Source: Felis catus
Taxonomy: Eukaryota
Direction of reading: 5' to 3'
Assembly (NCBI RefSeq): GCF_018350175.1
Contig: NC_058368.1
Coordinates: 74,402,001-74,466,000, forward strand
Length of the DNA stretch: 64,000 bases
A program made the position numbers and the translations under genes. Shown piece by piece: positions 1 through 12,406 of this stretch. The notes below the pieces were generated by a model that worked only from the letters and a program-made list of their open reading frames with translations, did not search any database and had not been told where the DNA came from. Position 1 is the first letter of the stretch. Each line of letters opens with the position of its first letter.

Positions 1-400
1 CATGGAAACAATCCAAGTGCCCAGATGAATTGAAAGGATAAGGAAGACATAGATAGTTAGATAGATAGATAGATAGGTAGATAGATAGATAATGTAGATA
101 TAGATATATATACACCATGGAATATTACTCAGCTGTAAATAGGAATTTAATCTTGCCATTTGCAACATGGATCGACCTAGAGAGTATAATGTTAAGTGAA
201 CTAAGTCAGAAGGAAACAGAGAAGTACCACATGATTTCGTTCATATGTAGAATTTAAGAAATAAAATAAATGAACACACAAAGGGGCGAAAGACAAAAAA
301 GACTCTTAACTATAGAGAACAAACTGGTGGTTGCCAGAAGGGAGGTGGGGGGAGACAGATAAAAGGGATTAAGAGTGCACTTAGCGTGATGAGCACTGAG
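1..400 (+). mobile_element. Carnivore L1 3' end (ORF2 tail/3'UTR fragment)
   Basis: Typical L1 3' motifs: atggaatattactcagc, cttgccatttgcaacatggat, gactcttaactatagagaacaaactg, gtgatgagcactgag. Confidence 0.85.
49..110. repeat. (GATA)n / (TA)n microsatellite inside the L1
   Basis: Direct reading of atagatagatag... Confidence 0.9.
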
Positions 401-1650
401 AAAAATCTTGTTTTGAGAACGTTGCAGTGGAGGTTATGGAAAAACCTTTGTCTTGGAATTAGGACTTTCATACCTGTTTGATGGTGTAGTCAGGAACAAA
501 GGCATAAACTATGGAATGTTTCAATTGTGCTCATTTGAAGAAGCAAAAATACTCCTTCTCTTACATGATTTCCCACTTGTCTGTAGGACAAGACGCTGAG
601 AGAGGTCTCGCCTGGAATCTTTCTGGGCTATGAAGCGCTGATACATTCTGGCAGTCTGGTTAAGTGGAAGATGTCCGACAGAAAGCCAGTGAAGATTCAG
701 GAAGTCTACATTAAGGACCAGATGCCCAGGGAACTAGAGCCCAAGAGATCAGTGATGAACGGAAGGGAGGGGTGTCTTAGAGTCCTAAGCAGGTACGCCA
801 GATTGGTGTCTGAAGTCTTGTACCTGCTGCCCGTACACATCTCTTGAGAAGCATTTCATGGCATATTTCCTCTCCGAATTTTTCCTTAGCTATACATTTA
901 CCATCTCTCTCTCTTCGGATGGGAGTGCTATGTTTTCTTTTCTTCCTCAGGTATTTAAAAGTGTATTACATTTTATTAATGTTACTTAACCTGCCTTTGG
1001 TTCCCATCAAACCGTGAATCTTTGTGAACATTTCCCATGCCTTGCCCATGATTGTCTTAAATTGCCTAGTTAAAAAATAAAAAAAAAATCTGTCTAATGG
1101 ATTCATAGAAAATGTTGAAATGACAGGTTGAAAGAATTCAAGCAAATGCTGGAATCATTCTCTAGAATGACTTTGATTTGTGAACCAGACCAAGGTCAAC
1201 ATTTAGCTAGACCTGAGCCCATAGTTGGGGACAATTAGGACCTAAGTGGAGGGCACGGAGGCAGAAGAAAGCTGTCAGGCAGTCCTTGTCTGTGGATTTC
1301 AGTGCTTTAATGCACACTTTTAGTGCGTTGAAACCAGGGCTCTAATACAAAGTCATTACTGAGCCAATCCTAATAAATTTTCAAAATGAATCACAAAAAA
1401 TTAGTTACAAACCAACTACAAATAGTAGCATTATATTTTGGAGCATTCTAATTTTTAAATTTACAGTTGCACTTAAACATACAACTCATAAGAAAATATT
1501 TCACTCCACCTCAACCATCCTTCACAAATAATCAAAATGAATTGAGATTGTGCTGAACCATTGAAAAGTCAAAATAAAGAATAACATAAAATATTACACC
1601 AGCATTAATGAAATGTAGTTGATCAAATAACTTCTTAAAACTTGTCTTTT

Positions 1651-1873
1651 AGAGGCTCCTGGGTGGCTCAGTCAGTTGAGTGTCCAATTTTGGCTCAGGT
1701 CGTGATCTCGCAGTTCACGAGTTTGAGCCCCACGTCGGGCTCTGTGCTGACAGCTCAGAGCCTGGAGCCTGCTTGGGATTCTGTGTTTCCCACTCTCTCT
1801 GTCCCTCCCTACTTACACACTGTCTCTCTCTCTCTCAAAAATAAATAAATATTTTTTAAAAAATTTTTTAAAA
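1651..1873 (+). mobile_element. CAN-SINE (SINEC_Fc-like)
   Basis: tRNA-like head gggtggctcagtcagttgag, CT-rich tract, A-tail; flanking aaaacttg. Confidence 0.95.
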
Positions 1874-1984
1874 ACTTGCTTTTATCTTGTATTTTATTAC
1901 AACTTACTGTAAAATAGCAAAAATTTAATTTATAATTTATGTACCTGAATAAAGACATGCATTATAATTTTCAAAAAGACACTT

Positions 1985-2204
1985 TTTTAAAAATTTTTTT
2001 TAATGTTTATTTATTTTTGAGACAGAGAGAGACAGAGCATGAATGGGGGAGGGGCAGGGAGAGAGGGAGACACAGAATCGGAAGCAGGCTCCAGGCTCTG
2101 AGCCATCAGCCCAGAGCCTGACGCAGGGCTTGAACTCACGAACCGTGAGATCATGACCTGAGCTGAAGTCGGACGCTCAACCGACTGAGCCACCCAGGCG
2201 CCCC
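1985..2204 (-). mobile_element. CAN-SINE (SINEC_Fc), young
   Basis: Full head to tail; TSD aaaaagacactttttt on both sides. Confidence 0.95.
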
Positions 2205-2279
2205 GAAAAAAAAGACACTTTTTTTTAACAAGACATGTTTTTTTCACATTAAGAAACATTACCTTTTACTTACGTGTCC

Positions 2280-2498
2280 TTTTTTTTTTTTTTTTCAACG
2301 TTTATTTATTTTTGGGACAGAGAGAGACAGAGCATGAACAGGGGAGGGGCAGAGAGAGAGGGAGACACAGAATCGGAAACAGGCTCCAGGCTCTGAGCCA
2401 TCAGCCCAGAGCCTGACGCGGGGCTCGAACTCACGGACCGCGAGATCGTGACCTGGCTGAAGTCGGACGCTTAACCGACTGCGCCACCCAGGCGCCCC
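2280..2498 (-). mobile_element. CAN-SINE (SINEC_Fc), very young subfamily
   Basis: CpGs largely intact, pure T tail, TSD tacttacgtgtccttt / tacttacgcgtccttt. Confidence 0.95.
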
Positions 2499-3478
2499 TA
2501 CTTACGCGTCCTTTGACTATGTCGTCTATAAAGGTTTAGAACCAGCACAGAAAACTAACACAAACTGTACTTGCACTGGTCGGGCATTTATTATCAAATT
2601 TTAAGGTAAAACCCATATAACATAAAATTAACCACTTTAAAGTATAAATTCAGTGGTATTCAACACATTCAGAATGTTATATAATCATCGTCTCTATTTA
2701 CCTAATTCCAAGGCCTTTTCATCACCCTAAAAGGAAACTCCCTACCCGTTAAGCAGTCACTACATCTATGTCTCTCCTCCCTCAGCCCCTGGCAACAACT
2801 AGGCAGCTCTCTGTCCCTGTGGATTTGCCTGCTTTGGATACTTTATATAAATAGGATCTTACAGTACGTGGCCTTTTGTGTCTGGTCTCTTTCACTGGGA
2901 AGAATGTCTTGCTGGATTATCAACGTTGTAACAGGTGTCACAATTCATTCTCACTTTGGATGAATGATGTTCCACTGTGTGGTCATATCACACTTTGTTT
3001 ATCCATTCATCTACTTCCAGATATTGGGGTCTGTTTTTTACCTTTTGGCTATTGGAAATAGTGTGGCTATTGTATAGAATTTGTTTGAATATCTGGCTCC
3101 AATTCCATTCAGTTTGTTTCCATCACCTGTTTTGGGTGTATGTGCTTAGGAGTGGAATCTCTGGGTCATGTGGCAATTCTATGTTTACCTCATCAAGGAA
3201 ACAACCAGGCTGCTTTCTACATACTTTACATTCCCACCAACAAGGAGTGAGTGATTGTGTTTCTTCACGTCTTCACCGATACTTGTTCTTTTCTGCTGTA
3301 GGATTTTCTCTTAAGTTGCGGTCAACTTAGTACATTCGACTGCTATTGCAGAGCAGCTTTGATTTGCATTTCCCTAATGATTAATTTCATTAAGCATCTT
3401 TTCATATATTTATTGGCCATTTACATATCTTCTTTATATACAAATGGGGAGGAATGTCTATGCAATTCCTTTGCTTAT

Positions 3479-3653
3479 TTTTTTTAAGTTTATTTATTTA
3501 TTTTGAGGACGAGCGGGGCAGAGAGAAAGAGAGAGAGAGAATCCCAAGCACGTTCAGTGCTGTCAGCACACAGCCTAATGTGGGGCTCAAACTCACGAAC
3601 TGTGAGATCATGACCTGAGCCAAAATCAACTGACTGAACCCCCCAGGTGCCCC
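3479..3653 (-). mobile_element. CAN-SINE with internal deletion
   Basis: SINE body and head ccaggtgcccc; shortened tRNA region. Confidence 0.9.
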
Positions 3654-4137
3654 TTTTTGCCTAGTTTTAAATTGGATCATTTATATTCTTCTTATTGAGT
3701 TGTAAGAGATATTTTATATTTACTGGATACTCGACTCTTACCAGATATATTATTTGAAAATATTTTGTTCCATTCCGTAGGTTGTCTTTTCACTTTCTTG
3801 ATGGTGTCCCTTGTTGCACAATAGTTTTAATGTTTATGAAGTCCGATTTGTCTATTTTTGGATTTTATTTCCTGCACTTCTGGTGTCATTTCTAAGAATT
3901 GGCTTCCAAATTCAAAGTCACAGAGATTGACTGCTTTAGTTTCTTTTAAGATTTTGTATGTGTTTATACATTTAGATCTTTGATCCATTTTCACTTAATT
4001 TCTGAATTAGGTGTTCATAAGGGGTACAACTCCACTCATCTGTGTGTGGATATGCAGTTGCTCCAGGACCAATTGTTGAAGAGATTATTCCTTCCCCATT
4101 GAATGCATTTGGCATCCTTGTCAAAATCAACTGACTA

Positions 4138-4287
4138 GAGGTGCCTGGGTGGCTCAGGTCATGATCTCACAGCTCATGGGTTCAAGCCCCGTGTCAGGCT
4201 CTGCACTGACAGCTCGGAGCCTGGAGCCTGCTTTGGATTTTGTGTCTCCCTCTCTCTCTGTCCCTCGCCCACTCATGCTCTGTCTTT

Positions 4288-4331
<44 letters not shown>

Positions 4332-4352
4332 AATAAATAAACATAAAAAAAA
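4138..4352 (+). mobile_element. CAN-SINE with internal deletion and (CT)n expansion
   Basis: TSD aaaatcaactgacta on both sides. Confidence 0.95.
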
Positions 4353-6141
4353 TCAACTGACTAAAGATGGATGGGTTTATTTCTGAAAAATTTGACATTT
4401 GACTTTCAAAACATTTGAGAAATCTCATGCGTAGTCTGAAATTATTAAACAACATTATTTGGAAAACACAAATTTTTAGAATCGAAGGCAATGATATAGC
4501 ACCATCTCAAAGTCAACTCACTGCCTTGACCACAGCGATAGAGCTACACTATGAATACTTCTGGCAAACGTCAGCCATCAAATCCCATAAGTTGGCATTG
4601 TTAATACTGGTAAAATTGTATTTTTCTTTTCTCTTGAAATAATAAACCTTAAGTTTCTGTAATTCTGGGCCGTTGGCTGTCAGGTCTCTTCCCTGGAGCA
4701 AAATAGAAGTTGAGTAGAAAGGAAGGAAAGAAAGAAGATACCAGAAGAAAAGAGCGAAAGGCACATTTATTTATTTATTTAACCATCACCAGCCCATTCA
4801 CCCAATATGTAATTTTCTGTTATCTCACCTAGCCTCTCTTCTGATTTTTTCTGCCTTCAAACATCGGTTACTGTATTTTTTGGTGAATTTTTCAATATAT
4901 TTTATATTTGCTTCCTTACCTCTATATTTACTACTTACTGCCTTAGTTCTGTTCTGTGTCGACTAATGATTGCCTGTTTTAGGTCTGTATCAATTTACTC
5001 CTTAGAAACTGAAATTACTTAAAATTTATTTTGAATAAATTTGTACAGGGGTAGACGTGCAGTAAATAAATGAAAGTTCATAAGTAAGAGCTACAAACAG
5101 GGTATATCATCTACCCTCCAGAAAGTAAAGTTAATTTTATTATCCATTCATACTTCAACACTTAAGAACAAATGTGGATTTGTTCTACAATAGATTAATC
5201 TAGAAGGTCATGAACATTACACTCGGTTAAGCAACAAGGTCATGGGAGATTTACGTAGCTTGAATCAAATCAATATCATTTTGTTATTCTTTATTCTCAA
5301 CCCAAAAGACTAAATAAAAATCAACAATATATTGATGTAACTAAATATTATTCAGTGAGATTTATGAGACTCTGGTAAAAGAGGTTGGCTCAGCAGTAAC
5401 CAGGGATATAAAATCATCATTGGAGCTTTCAAAACAGCAACTTTTGTACGTGTTTTCTTTGTTAAAAATTCAGACACATGCACCAATACTCAACGGTATT
5501 ATTATTCAACATTACATTGTATATAATAGATACCTAAGAAAGGTTTCTGTAATTAGACATTTATCACATGTTTGATGCTTTGTCTCTCACGATTAAATGT
5601 AAGCCAAAGTTCATTTCCAGGCACAACAAATGCATATATGTAAGAATGACAGGGCGTACATAAAACAAACATGTCTAGTAAGACATCATCTTACTAGAGA
5701 ATAAATGGGGACAATAATTTACTAAGACAGATTACTAGGTAACAATGGTATGAAAGTTTTTCTGTCCCAATCTATTTCTGCTCTGTGAGAGATGACTTCT
5801 TCGAGTTGGCACATATATATTAAATATACATTTTAGGAGAGCTTCGTATGCAGTGCTACCCAAATTTGGTTAGGGAGTTCTATAATATTTTATCAGATAA
5901 ATATTTGGTCCACGTTTTAATCTTTTCAGTTTAATCATTTCATGGACATTGAGATGCAAAATGACAATAGAAATTATGATTGGTTTTAAGGGTATTGGAA
6001 GCCACAGTTTTCAGAATTACCTTTGTTAATCAAAGTGCATTGTTTTTTCCAAGACTTTACCATTTGCCTGTAGTTAGCCTCAACTAGCTGTATTTTCTTG
6101 ATGTTTATTTATTTGGGTATTTATTTATTTTGAACAAGACA

Positions 6142-6354
6142 GGGGTGCCTGGATGGTCCAGTAGGTTAAGCGTCCAACTTTGGCCCAGGTCATGATCTCA
6201 TGGTTCATGGGTTTGCGCCCCGCATCGGGCTCTGTGCTGACAGCTCAGAGCCTGGAGCCTGCTTCGGATTCTGTGTCTCCCTCTCTCTCTGTCCCTCCCT
6301 GCTCACACTCTGTCTCTCTCTATCTCTCTCAAAAGTAAATAAACATAAAAAAAA
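6142..6354 (+). mobile_element. CAN-SINE
   Basis: TSD ttattttgaacaaga (6125-6139 and 6355-6369). Confidence 0.95.
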
Positions 6355-6799
6355 TTATTTTGAACAAGATTGAGGAGTTTGCTAATTACTATCCCATCAA
6401 TCATGAGTTAAATATCCTTTGTAAAGTCTTGTGGTAAACATTAGGCAGCCGCTTCAAATTTGATGCAGGTGAATAATTGTACTATAATTATCCCTAAATG
6501 CACTGCAGGCGAAAGGCTAAGTGACAGAGAAAGATACGATTATTGCCTAGGATTCCACGCTTTGGGGTGATTTCATTCAATGCAAATCTAGTGATTTACC
6601 CACACGGTTCCCAGTCCAACACTGGCATCATTAAGCAGTTTTCATTTTTGACTTCTGCCAAAAAGCACTTCATACTTCAACCATTAAGTCTATTGTTGTT
6701 ATGGTTGTGAGAAGAACAGCCATAACTTTTTTTGTTTTTTCAAGACAGGACAGTTGTGAGTCCGAGGCATCTTGCTCTAAGAGATACAGCAGGTCTGAT

Positions 6800-7050
6800 G
6801 TACAAACACATGCCAGTTCTACGGGGAACAACGAAAGCCGTAGGAGGTTAGACGTCATAAAGAGTGTGGAAGGATATCCAAATTTACAACAGGGTGGTCA
6901 CGGTAGACTTCATTAGAAAAGGAAGCACTTGGCTAGGACTTGAAGAGGGTGAAGAAGTTGGTCAGGTGACAGGTTGAGCACAATGAAGGGCCCTTGCGTT
7001 AAGCTGGGGCTATGGCTGGTAGGGGGAGGTAAAAGGTGTGTGGTCACTGT
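6800..7050 (-). mobile_element. L2 fragment (probable)
   Basis: agggtggtcacggtagacttcattagaaaagg...gacttgaagagggtgaagaagttgg resembles antisense L2. Confidence 0.5.
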
Positions 7051-7118
7051 TCTGGAGTTGGGGACACCGAGGCAGAACTAGCAGATGAAGTTACTGAGTT
7101 AAGGGGGAAAGGGAGAGT

Positions 7119-7326
7119 GGGGCGCTTGGGTGCCTCAGTCCGCTAACCATCCAACTCTTGGTTTCGGCTCAGGTCATGATCTCATGGTTCATGAGTTCAA
7201 ATCCTGTGTCGGGTTCTGCACTGACACCATGGAGCCTGCTGGGGATTTCTCTCCCTCTCTCTCTGCCCCTCCCCGGCTTGTTCTCTCTCTCTCTCTCAAT
7301 CTCAAAACGGAAATAAATTTTAAAAA
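7119..7326 (+). mobile_element. CAN-SINE
   Basis: Head ggggcgcttgggtg; degenerate TSD aaggggga(a/g)...gag. Confidence 0.9.
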
Positions 7327-7429
7327 GGGGGAAGGGGAGAGCCACCAGAAAAGACTCTGAAGAGTCCTGTAGGTCTTCTGCTTTTACTCTGAGAGCTAGA
7401 AAATATGAGTTCTTTGTCCGCCTCTCCTC

Positions 7430-7652
7430 TTTTTTTTTTTTTTTTTTCAACGTTTTTTATTTATCTTTGGGACAGAGAGAGACAGAGCATGAACGGGGAA
7501 GGGGCAGAGAGAGGGAGACACAGAGTTGGAAACAGGCTCCAGGCTCCGAGCCATCAGCCCAGAGCCCGACGCGGGGCTCGAACTCACGGACCGCGAGATA
7601 GTGACCTGAGCTGAAGTCGGACGCCCAACCGACTGCGCCACCCAGGCGCCCC
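7430..7652 (-). mobile_element. CAN-SINE (SINEC_Fc), very young subfamily
   Basis: TSD ccgcctctcctctttt; pure T tail; CpG-rich. Confidence 0.95.
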
Positions 7653-7925
7653 ACCGCCTCTCCTCTTTTAGCGCTTTCAATTTGTTTTGAAAAACAGAAG
7701 CCATATAAAGTAAAAGTTGGTGGATACAAATGTGATTGCCGTCATTTCAGTGGAATATCCGAGACTTGGATATGACCCATTCTTTACGTAATTTTTCAAA
7801 AAAGAAATATCGAATTATAAGTAAAATGAATGATAAAGGATACCATTTTTATTTAAACATGATTGTTTTTCAAAAGAAAATATAATTATCAGTGTATATT
7901 TGGCAGACATTTCTAAGTGTTTATC

Positions 7926-8148
7926 TTTTTAATTTTATTATTTTTTAATTTTTTTTTATTTTAGAGAGAGAGAGCGAGATCAGGGAGAGGGACAGAAGGA
8001 GAGAGAGAGAGAGAGAGAGAGAGAAGAAGAGAGAGAATCCTAAGCAGGCTCCACACAGCGCAGAGCCCAGTCCCACGACCCTGGGATCATGAAACTGAGC
8101 TGAAATCAGGGGTCAAATGCTCTACTGACTGAGCCACCCAGGTGCCCC
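7926..8148 (-). mobile_element. Older CAN-SINE with (GA)n
   Basis: Head gagccacccaggtgcccc; flanking aagtgttt on both sides. Confidence 0.9.
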
Positions 8149-8899
8149 CAAAGTGTTTCTTTATTGAAGCACATCATCAGATGTACCCCTTGATGTTTGT
8201 GGTGTGGGACAAAGAGCTTGCTTTTCCTGGCTCTTTATTTCTTTCCCACTCATACTCTTATTTGCTGCGAGTTAAAAAGAATCGAGAGAGATTTATTTGG
8301 TAACGTCCCCTTAGGGCTTAATGGAAAAGATGGAGAAGGTTGTGGTGTGCTCAAGTTATTGAAAGAGGGAAGAAATAGTCAGTTTCCCTGAGAAATGGAG
8401 GGAGAAGAGGAAAGGAGGAAAGTGGAAGGAGGTAGAGACTTGGGATGCCTTCCCCTCCATCTCTTACCTGAGCCCCCTGCTTCTGAGAAACTGAGTCACG
8501 GCTCAGCACCCAGCAAAGTGAGGGAGCAGGAAACTCTACGCAGTGAGGAGCGCTGATTTCTTTGGCTGCAGGAAACGGCCAGCCCTTCACAGATAGAAGG
8601 CTCTCTACCTTATAGTGTCCCAAACACAAAGCAAGGCCGTGCTGGTTCTATTCCTGGAAAATCTCGCACGTTGATAAACACGGCGGTGTCTGAGGATCAG
8701 ATCTTGCCGTTCAGTTGTCCTTTTCTCGGTAATTTGGGTTTGCTTTTATTCACGGCCAATCAGAGCACCAGGTCTTCTAAGACTATTTTCTGGAATAAAA
8801 AAAAAAGAAATGTGAGCCTCCAATGTTATTACCCATGACAATTGTACAGGTATTTTGTGGATTCTCGGTGAATTACAGTTCATTTATAATTTCCCAGTA

Positions 8900-9030
8900 A
8901 GAAATAGAAGCACGTTCATCCGTGTAGTGATGGGCATCGCTAAAAATAGACAAGGAGAGACTAAACCATCCCCCCCAAAGTCACACAGCTGGTATCAACG
9001 TCAAAGTCTGGAAGTCTACAATGAGGACCC
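8900..9030 (-). mobile_element. MIR fragment (probable)
   Basis: cccaaagtcacacagctggt core-SINE motif. Confidence 0.45.
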
Positions 9031-11438
9031 ATACCCATGTCTGGGTTGTTGGTTTCCCTGCAGTGTATCCTGTCCATCTCGTTAATCTTTGCTAATTTGA
9101 GAAATACTGTTGATCAGACTATACATTTGACCTGGCAAGAAGCAGCGTGACGTATCAAACTCATCCTATTTTCTCTTGAGGATATCCAGTTTTCTTGTCT
9201 CTTATCCTCCTTTTCTCATTCCATCAGAAAACAACCCGTCTCATCTCTGTCATTTTTAACGGTGTGCTGATTTTTCACTTGAGTGTATCCGTGTCATTTT
9301 GTAACAGAAAACCCGAGTTTTGATTCAATTTAGATAAGGTTATATTTAGCATGAACTCAAGGGGTTTCAGTTATCGCAGTGTTACAATCAATAAGAAGAA
9401 AAAAATCATAGCATTCTAAATAATGACATCCAGCCCGCAGTCCCACCCTGGGAAACTTACAATAATCTTCATACAGAAATCCAACTTCAAGAAATCTAAA
9501 TTAGCTTGTGAGGCTCAGTGGGAGTCTAGAGGGTCTCCAGCATGGACATTTTGTACAAAATTTAAGGAAAGAGCAGGTGGCCTGCGAAGTGGTCCAACAC
9601 AAGGTGGCTGAGGTCCAGATTACGTATTTGTGAATAGCACTTAGATTGCTGATTGGGGTTCTCAGCATTGAGAGTCAAATCAGAATGGAGAAATCCAGGA
9701 CTTTAATTTCATGGCAGATGAGGTGGGTAAATAAAGATATATCACACATTTTAAATTATGACACAATATGACAGCAATATTAACTGTCAAGAAAAAGTTT
9801 TCTTTGAGTCTGTGAGTTATGGTATAAATTCCAAGAAGATATAAATATAATATTTTGAAATATAAATAGGTTATACTCTATATTGAATCTGTCATGAATT
9901 ATTCTTTATTAAACTTATTATTTTGTTCACTTGCAAAATATCTCCTCTTGGTGTTATTAAGATCAGTCCTCACAAGCACTTAAGCATCATATATAAAGCT
10001 TTCCATAGTTTGTAATAAAGTAAAATGCTTTCAAATATTGATTTTAGATAAATAGATTTGTATATGATGCATCACATCAAATTTTACTTAACTAAAGATC
10101 AAAGTTTAATTGTAGGTTATTAGAGTTAATCTTGATAGAAAGCTATGGGGATTTCCATTCAGAGGGAAGAAAAATGTATTCAACAAATGGATAAACTTTG
10201 TTTTTCTTGTTGGAAAATTAAGTATGTTATTTTGCAAGTTCATGAATTTGTAATGTAGATGGTTCAGCTTGGGCATTTTTGAGCCTTAGAGATCTCAGGG
10301 ATCTATGTCATAGTGATGTTTCTACAATTCATTCTCCTAGCAATATGAATTTTTCTAAGTGAAACAGAAGTGATAGGTTTTTAGTATTTACCTCCTGGTA
10401 CTATCCTAGTTTCCCACTCCACAAAAAAAAAAAAAAATAGAAAAGGAATTTGATGGTAGTTGGTAATTACTTTTTTTTTTTTTTTCACTTACATCTGGCT
10501 TTCCACTGAAAATAACAAGACAGGTGACACTTCTTAGTGAGTTGATGAGAAATGACGCTGTGTTTGCAGAGACTGGTCTATCTTCCTTTCTTTGTGAGCC
10601 ACCCTGGAACAGAGGAGGGCTCAGAGAACATAGTCACATTCTGACTCAGTGCTGCGGTGTAACCTGGGGCATCCGTTAACATCACAAATCAAAGCACAGT
10701 AAAAGCAGCGTGTGTACCCGAGGTGGTGAGTGGGTTTGAAATACAACAATGTCACAATTACACTGCAGAACACAGCTTGCCATTCTCAACACAGCTGAGG
10801 TGACTGTTGCGTGAAACTTTATCAATATGCTTTTAAAGTGGAACAGCAATCATTCCATGAAGTGAGAGATATCTATAGCACAGGAAAAACAAGAGAAATG
10901 CATGTCTATAAGAAATGAACCATAAGCTCCCTTAACTCCGGTTTTCTTAATCTAGTATAGGTTGCTTTTCACTATACTGAGATCTTGTGGGGCAATGAAT
11001 GGGGGAAAACAAAATTGTGGCCAAATTTGTCTAAGATTGGGTATGGCTGCAACGAAGGAGTAGACATAGGGCCAAACTCTTTGAAGAACAACTTCTATAA
11101 GAGCACTGTGTATCTTTCTATTATCAACTTGATATCTGTGTTAATGATATGGTCAAAAAACTTGGAATGAATGGCCATCATGAAGGATTGTGTCAAGATG
11201 ATTTTATTACGTGCCCCATGCTCCTGACCAGACCATCTGTTTGAATCACGGGATATTTATTTGCTCACACTGGTGTTTTGTCTCCTGAAAAAGTACGTGC
11301 CTCAGATGCATTAAGTAAAGACAGGAACAGATGTAACCTGAATAATTATAGCTTATCTCTATTATATAAAAAAAATGTCCAAAGAATATACGTAGGGAAT
11401 ACTAATTCTCATTGACAATTTGGGTGGGATGATTTTTG

Positions 11439-11904
11439 CATATCAGTTAGGATTGCCTTCTGCTACCAGCAATAGAAACCCTGACCAGAAGTAGGGTTAA
11501 ATGCAGGGGAAAATTTTTCTCTTCTACTCAGAGGCCATGAAGTGGGTAGACTAAGGAAGGTGCAGCTAGTTAAGAGTGTCAACGTGGAGCCAGACTCTTG
11601 CCATGTTTCTGCTGTTATCCTCAGGTTTCCTGCCGAAATCTTCAGGGGTCATCCCTGAGTATGTAACAGAGGGGGCATGGGAGGGCCTAATGTCCTTCCT
11701 TCTCCTGGACTATTGATCTGCAGAGGGATGTTCTTCTAGAAAATTTCCATTTACAAATTCTGGGACAGAATTTAATCGTGTGGCCAGCCATGCCTAGAAG
11801 GTGGTTAGAAATGGTGTCTAGTTTCTAGTTTCTATGTAATGAAAGTTCTAGAAGAATGCACTTGAGAACAGATACTGTGTAACGGAACTTACAGTATCTG
11901 CCAC
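11439..11904 (-). mobile_element. MLT1-family (ERVL-MaLR) solo LTR, old
   Basis: Starts tatcagttaggattgccttctgctaccagcaatagaaaccc and ends acagtatctgccac, the antisense MLT1J/K/L-type pattern. Confidence 0.65.
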
Positions 11905-12406
11905 TATTTGAATATGAGCTTAGAAAGCCACGCTAAATGAGCAACTTCTAGCAAATTATTTTGGTATATAATGCATTCAGTATGTCAAAATATAAACTCT
12001 TTAGAATATGCCATTGCGAAAAAGATACCAATGGGAGCTGAGATCCTTGGTTTCAAAGTTAATCTTTTAGAGAGAAGTCTCTTTTCAGAATTCTCCTTTT
12101 GTAACCCTCTTTCCCCAGAGTGTTTATAAAGTCTGTTCACATACATCAGGACAAATAATGGTGGCCTTGGAAACAACAAACAGAAAAAATCGTGGTGATC
12201 TGACTGAGAAAGCAAATCTAGTAGTGTAGATTGGGATAGAAACGATAAGAGTTCAGATTAACAACACATTCTTAAGTATGACTGTTTGTAAATTCAGCTG
12301 CTACCAAAACTAATACATGGGCTTACATTTTAGGTTTTAGAACGGATATGATTTATATTATCTGTTGGGCCTGGTTAGAACCTAAACATGGCTGACATCG
12401 CATACG

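Larger units (their letters stand above)
2590..4390 (-). mobile_element. Old L1M (L1MB/MC-like) 3' region, interrupted by two SINEs
   Basis: Antisense L1 motifs: cataaaattaaccactttaaagt, cagcccctggcaacaact, ttagtagtggaatc-like ttaggagtggaatctctgggtcat, tttgatttgcatttccctaatga. Confidence 0.8.

Noticed and set aside
1651..1730. tRNA-like A/B boxes at SINE heads
   Set aside because: tRNA-derived SINE promoters, not tRNA genes
6571..6587. Possible SOX-OCT composite (cattcaatgcaaat)
   Set aside because: The SOX half does not match CATTGT; a lone octamer is expected by chance in AT-rich DNA
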